From the human T2T-CHM13v2.0 reference genome, Homo sapiens, in assembly GCF_009914755.1 (NCBI RefSeq), contig NC_060927.1: a DNA stretch of 64,000 bases. One strand, written 5' to 3'. Both the position numbers and the translations under genes were made by a program. Numbering within the stretch: position 1 is the stretch's first letter; every line of letters begins with the position of its first letter. The notes under the pieces were generated by a model, which was not told where the DNA came from, did not search any database, and saw only the letters and a list, made by a program, of their open reading frames with translations. Shown here piece after piece: positions 58,880 to 64,000 of the stretch.

Positions 58880-60338
58880 CCAAATTTTCTTTATGTGGTG
58901 ATGCCAAGGCTAGTGCTGAAAATGTGCCCCCAAGTGAAAAAACACCATGAAGGCCAGATGCCAACCACAATACCCTGTGTCTTTCATACAGAGGGGTGCT
59001 TGCTACAAAATATTACAAAATTAAAAGTAGGATTGTGAGATTCCGTGTTGTAATGGTGAGCACTCTGGACTCTGAAAATTAAAAGTAGGAATAAAGCACA
59101 ATCGGCTACAGCAGTCATAAACTTCAGTGCTCTGGCTGGTGCTGACTGCTGGCTGGAAAGGCTCCTCCATAAACAGCCCTCTGCACTCACCTGGTGACCA
59201 GAGAAAACGCAGGCACCCACTCTCTCCTCCCAGAATCCCAAAATATCATAAACACGGGCAAATGAGCACCTCCACTCTCGCTGCTTCTGTTGATGGCACT
59301 GGTCTCACACTTGAGGATCTGACTCAAAATATAGGGGTCAGCACCCGAACTCACACCTCTACTGCTAGCCCCCGTCCAGACCCAGCCATCCCCTAGAGGA
59401 TCAGATTGGCTTCCTCCCTGGTCTGTTTCTAGTGCCCCCAGCACAACCCCTACCCTCACCCCATCTGCTGCTAGAAGGGACCTTACAAAGGCATCCCCTG
59501 CTCAAGCAAGTTCAGTGCGAAGTCCCAGACCCTCAGGAACACGCACACATTTAAGGTTCCTCTTCTCCCAACATCATCTCCCCTCAGCCCCTCATCTGAC
59601 TTTCCAGCCCCTCAAACACACCAGTTTTTTACAGACTTCTACCCTGGCCCAGCTAGAGAACTGTAAACAACTCTGCCCTCTCCACGGCTCATTTTGTGGG
59701 AAAGAGAACCCAGGCTCAGGAACTGCATGACCTGCTAAAAGCCCCACGAGTTGCGGCAGAGAAGCAGGATTCAGAGTGCCAGGCCAGCCCTCCACGGACA
59801 CTGCCTTCTGCATCCTTTCTGGTGGAGCAGGTGGGCAGCAAGTGAGATGCCAGAAGGAGCTGGGTGCCGCTGCCCGTCCCCCTGGATCCCTCTGCTTGCT
59901 AGTCAGCTGGGTGCTGGGCCAGGCCTGATGTCCATCCAGGCGGGTTCCTGCTTTCAGTGCTGCACAGTGAGCAGGGTGAGGAGCCCCAGCTAGGGTCCAG
60001 ATCCTGCCAGTGTTTCAGGGAATGGGGTGTGCATGCGCAGCACTGCAGAGCAAGTGCAGGGCAAGAGGAGAAAGGTTTTCATTTCTTCCTTGTTTATAAA
60101 CTGCCCAAGGGCAGATGGGGTCAGCCAGTTGGGGATGCAGCGGGAGGAGGTCCAGGAGGCCTGGGTGGGGATGCTGTGACCAGTCTTAAAGCAAAACAGG
60201 AGGGAGGTGGTGTGTTTTAGACGCTGGAGGACAGGCAGTGTGAGGGAAGAAGGAAGTTGATGGAAACATGACTATGAAAAAGTAGCTTTTCGGGAAACCA
60301 CAGGCAGAGCCAAAGCTAAAATAAACCATTCAGTAGAT

Positions 60339-60344
60339 TTTATT
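60339..60344 (-). terminator. ISY1 distal polyadenylation signal AATAAA
   Basis: tttatt on the + strand with a downstream U/GU-rich element on the minus strand. Confidence 0.7.
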
Positions 60345-60587
60345 AACCAAACAAAGCCTCCTGAGATTGGTTCTGTCACCTCGGAGCCACAAGCTGGGAA
60401 AAGATAACCACACCCACCCAGCCAGCTTCCCCCACCCCCAGCTGTTTCCAGGCCTGGGACTGGAGCCCTGCTGAGACCTTGTCCCACATCTAGGACCCTC
60501 TAGGGCCTTTGGGCACAGACAAGTAGCAAGGGCCTCTGCCAGGAACACCTAGAGGATGTCCAGCTGGGTGCTTCTCCACTCTCAGTC

Positions 60588-62094
60588 TGTTTGCTCAAAT
60601 GTGGAATTCTAATCCCTGGCCAGTTTGCATCCCGGGGATCCCTGAAGAGATCCCAGGAGGGGAGTGCTTTGTGCACTGAAGGCGTGGAACAGGGCACTGG
60701 AGGAGGAAGACCCAGAGCCCTGGCTCTCAAGACAGGCCTGGCTCCAAGCACCTGCCATCCTTCCCAGGGAGAAGGAAGGCCTGATGTCTGGATTCCCCAT
60801 TCTCTTCTGAATGCCAGGAAGCACCAGAGTGCGCGTGTGCCCCTTGGAAGACAAACCCACAACCAGGCCTGTCTGAGGCCGGCCATCCGCACGCTCCCAA
60901 GAGGCTCAGACCTGGGTCAGTCTGTCCCTAGGGCCCTCTGAGGCCTCTGCCCAAACCACAGGACTGCCCAGACCCCAGAGCAAACTGAGACAGCACAGGT
61001 CCACTCCTTGACTTCAAAGTATGGAAGGTGAGGCTGGGCCCAGAGGGTCTTGCTCAAAGCCCCCACGATATTCACTCCTGAGTCCCCACCTGCAGGCCCA
61101 AGCTGGGTGCTGGGTCCCAGAGGCGAGTCTGCCTTGCTGCCTCCAAGGGCTCCCAAAGCTTCAACCTGGACACCTCTCCTCCCTGCACACATTTGCCTCC
61201 GGGCTTGACTGAGGGCTGGGATTGGCCAGCCCAGCCCTCAGGGAAGCCAGGAGGCAGGGGGGCCCCTTCCCCATCCTCACCTACACCCTGGCTACTCCCA
61301 TCCCCACCAAGCCCACCCACCTCCTGCCAGGGCCTCTGCCCCAGCCTCCTCCTGACCTGGTCCTGCCTGGGCCTCTCCTTGTGGCCGCACGGAGCGTCCT
61401 CAAGCAAGTCCCTTAGCCACTAGCTCCCGACTCCCTCACTCAGACCTTTTCCACAGTCCTTGTGGCCCTCGGGCTCCTTAGAGAGGGCCCAGCACTGGCC
61501 ACTCTCCCGACTTGGCCACACACAGCCACACACGGCTCTGCCACCCCCAGTCTGAGCTGCTCCCCGCAGACCAACCATCCCAGGCCTCCCGCTGTGTGAT
61601 GGGCTTCTCCAAGCCAAGAGTTCCTCCTATTCCCAAACAGCCTGAGCTGGAGCCCCAGGCCCCAGGAACAGCCATCTGGCCCTGACCCTGAGTTCCCAGA
61701 CACTCCCATGACCCTGCAGAGGGCAGGAAGCCAGGCACCATCTTGCCCAGGGGCTACAGCCGCTGACCATGGTTCCCCACTGGAGAGCTAAGCCCCAGTT
61801 CAGAGGAAGCTCTGGACTCAGCTCGTGTCCACTGTGTGCTTTCAGCAGGCCACGGTGCAGCCCACTGCAAGGAGCCCTGTCTACAGCTGTGGCCACGGAC
61901 GCCATGGTGGGTCGGCTCACTCCCACCTAGACTCCTGGGATCTGGTCCTGTCTTTGCCACACTTGGGGCTGGGGCTTCAGGGACTCCCCTGCAGGAAGGC
62001 AGTGCCCCTTAGTGACTGGTCACATCCTAATGCCACTGTCACCTCAGAGCCGTTGGCCCAGGGAACAAGCTGAAGACATGGAGGTTTCCCTTTC
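60588..62094 (-). repeat. Inverted duplication arm B (inside ISY1 3' UTR)
   Basis: Reverse complement of 18114-19492, with an extra ~112 bp (61968-62079) and an extra ~17 bp near 61200. Confidence 0.95.
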
Positions 62095-62210
62095 TTATAA
62101 AAATCTTTAATAAAAATAGGTTTCTGCAGAACAGGTTATAAAACAGGAATAGCAAACTCAAATTCCTGCCACCCAGGCAGGAGCGAGTGGAGCAGGTGGA
62201 GGGGGGCTAA

Positions 62211-62575
<365 letters not shown>

Positions 62576-62982
62576 ACATCATCTCATTTTTCAAGAGATG
62601 TGTCTTTTAGAAAATTTGCATTTTTTAAAATTATACTTTGGTCTGCAAAAAATTGCATTTTTAAATGTTTGCCACTAATTGATTCTTCTCCCCTCAAAAT
62701 GGCAGTGCAAGTCAAAATAAGACACAGGCAGCCAGTTCGCAACCTGTTGTATACACTCCACAATAAAAATAAATGGATCCACACAGTAGCAAAATATGTG
62801 TACAAAACCTACCAGGAAGACCAGGGACAGACCCCTACCCTCCGGTCAACATGAGACAAGGAGAGGGAAGGAAGGCTGAGAATGGGGCAGGAGCCCTTGC
62901 AGCACCAGCCTGTGTCTGCAGCCCTGGGTCCTGAGGTACCACTGGGGGATGGAAGAACTCCAAGGAGAGCCCCAGCTGGGTC

Positions 62983-63090
62983 CTAATACCCCAGGAGCCT
63001 TCTGGCTTCTTCACTTTGGGCCTGCAGGGTCTCGCTTGCATACTTCTGGAGGAGTTCCATTTTCTTCCTTCGCACCAGTGCCTCCTCAAT
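62983..63090 (-). CDS. ISY1: ISY1 terminal coding exon (spliceosome NTC-associated factor)
   Basis: aatttccacag|ATT acceptor. 108 nt encode IEEALVRRKKMELLQKYASETLQAQSEEARRLLGY-TAG, the recognisable ISY1 C-terminus. Upstream exons lie beyond the window. Confidence 0.93.
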   Translation of the reverse strand: MEEALVRRKKMELLQKYASETLQAQSEEARRLLGY

Positions 63091-64000
63091 CTGTGGAAAT
63101 TAAGAGTGCAGGGCTCACTCCTCAGCAAAGCCCCTCAACCCCTGCCAGACCCAGCCAGGAGGAAGTCCCCGTGGGAGAAGTCCATCAAGGAGTCTGATTT
63201 AAATACGCAGAATAGTCTCCAAGAGTCCTAACTCCCTCCCATTGGAAACATTTGAACGATAGAATGGCCTAGAGCAGAGGGTCCTGCCCTTTTTGGACCC
63301 CACACCCTGAACACAATGACAGGTGTCATGTGGTCAGGACCCTGAGCTGCCCTGATGGGTAGGAAGGACAACGAAAACCCACTACAGTGCTCTGTGAAGT
63401 CTGCTTTAGAGAAGCCCCCGGCGCCCAGGCAGCTCTTAGCTGTGGTCCTACCTCTTGCTGCGAGGGAACAGGGACGTGAGCAATGAACTTCTGCTGGCTG
63501 TCGTCCCCTCCTTTCTCCTGGCTGCCTTCCTCGTCCGACTACAAACAGAACAAACGAAAGTCCATCAGTAGGCGCCCAGCTAGATAAATGCTGGCAACTC
63601 TATAAAACACACTACTCTGCAACTATTTAAAAGAAAAAAAAACTAAGAAAGTTCTATACTTATAGAAAGACACTTGACCCACAAGATTAAGTAAAAAAAG
63701 CCATAGAACACGCTGTATATTATGCTACCTTTTGTCTAAGGAGGAAATAAGAATAGAAATTACTGACGGCAGTGAGACCAAGGTAGATGAGGGACAGGGT
63801 GAGGAAAGAGAATCTTTGTGGAATATCTTTATATTCTTTTTCACTTTTGAACCTTGTGAATGTATCACTATTTTAAAAAATTTAAATGTAAAAGAATGTA
63901 CCATGCATAGAAAAATAATCAGCTCAGAGGTTGCCTATGAGTCAATACAAATTTCTAATAACAAAGAAAACACCACGGACTTGGAAAGAGAGAAGGGGTC

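Overview
Primate (human-like) genomic DNA, very Alu-dense, recognisable as the RAB43/ISY1 locus (human 3q21.3). On the minus strand it holds the complete 3-coding-exon RAB43 gene (CDS 54392-54189, 28062-27879, 24238-23988; 639 nt, 212 aa, all five GTPase motifs and a C-terminal CGC prenylation signal), its CpG-island promoter (~53.9-55.45 kb) and a ~3.5 kb 3' UTR. It also holds the last coding exon and 3' UTR of the upstream spliceosomal gene ISY1 (63090-62983). The sequence explains the known ISY1-RAB43 read-through: a 5' splice site overlapping the last ISY1 codons joins RAB43 exon 2 in another frame. Less expected: a ~1.4 kb inverted duplication brackets RAB43 (ISY1 3' UTR versus just downstream of the RAB43 poly(A) site); a ~160 bp direct duplication straddles that poly(A) site; a U13 snoRNA retrocopy has a locally templated partial second copy; a poly(A)-tailed, TSD-flanked non-canonical insert splits a MER30; and two LTR12 solo LTRs sit back to back. 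Nearly all ORFs in the supplied track are Alu, LTR or GC-rich artefacts. I see no evidence for a wholly new gene system. Repeat subfamily names are from memory of consensus sequences and repeat coordinates are approximate.
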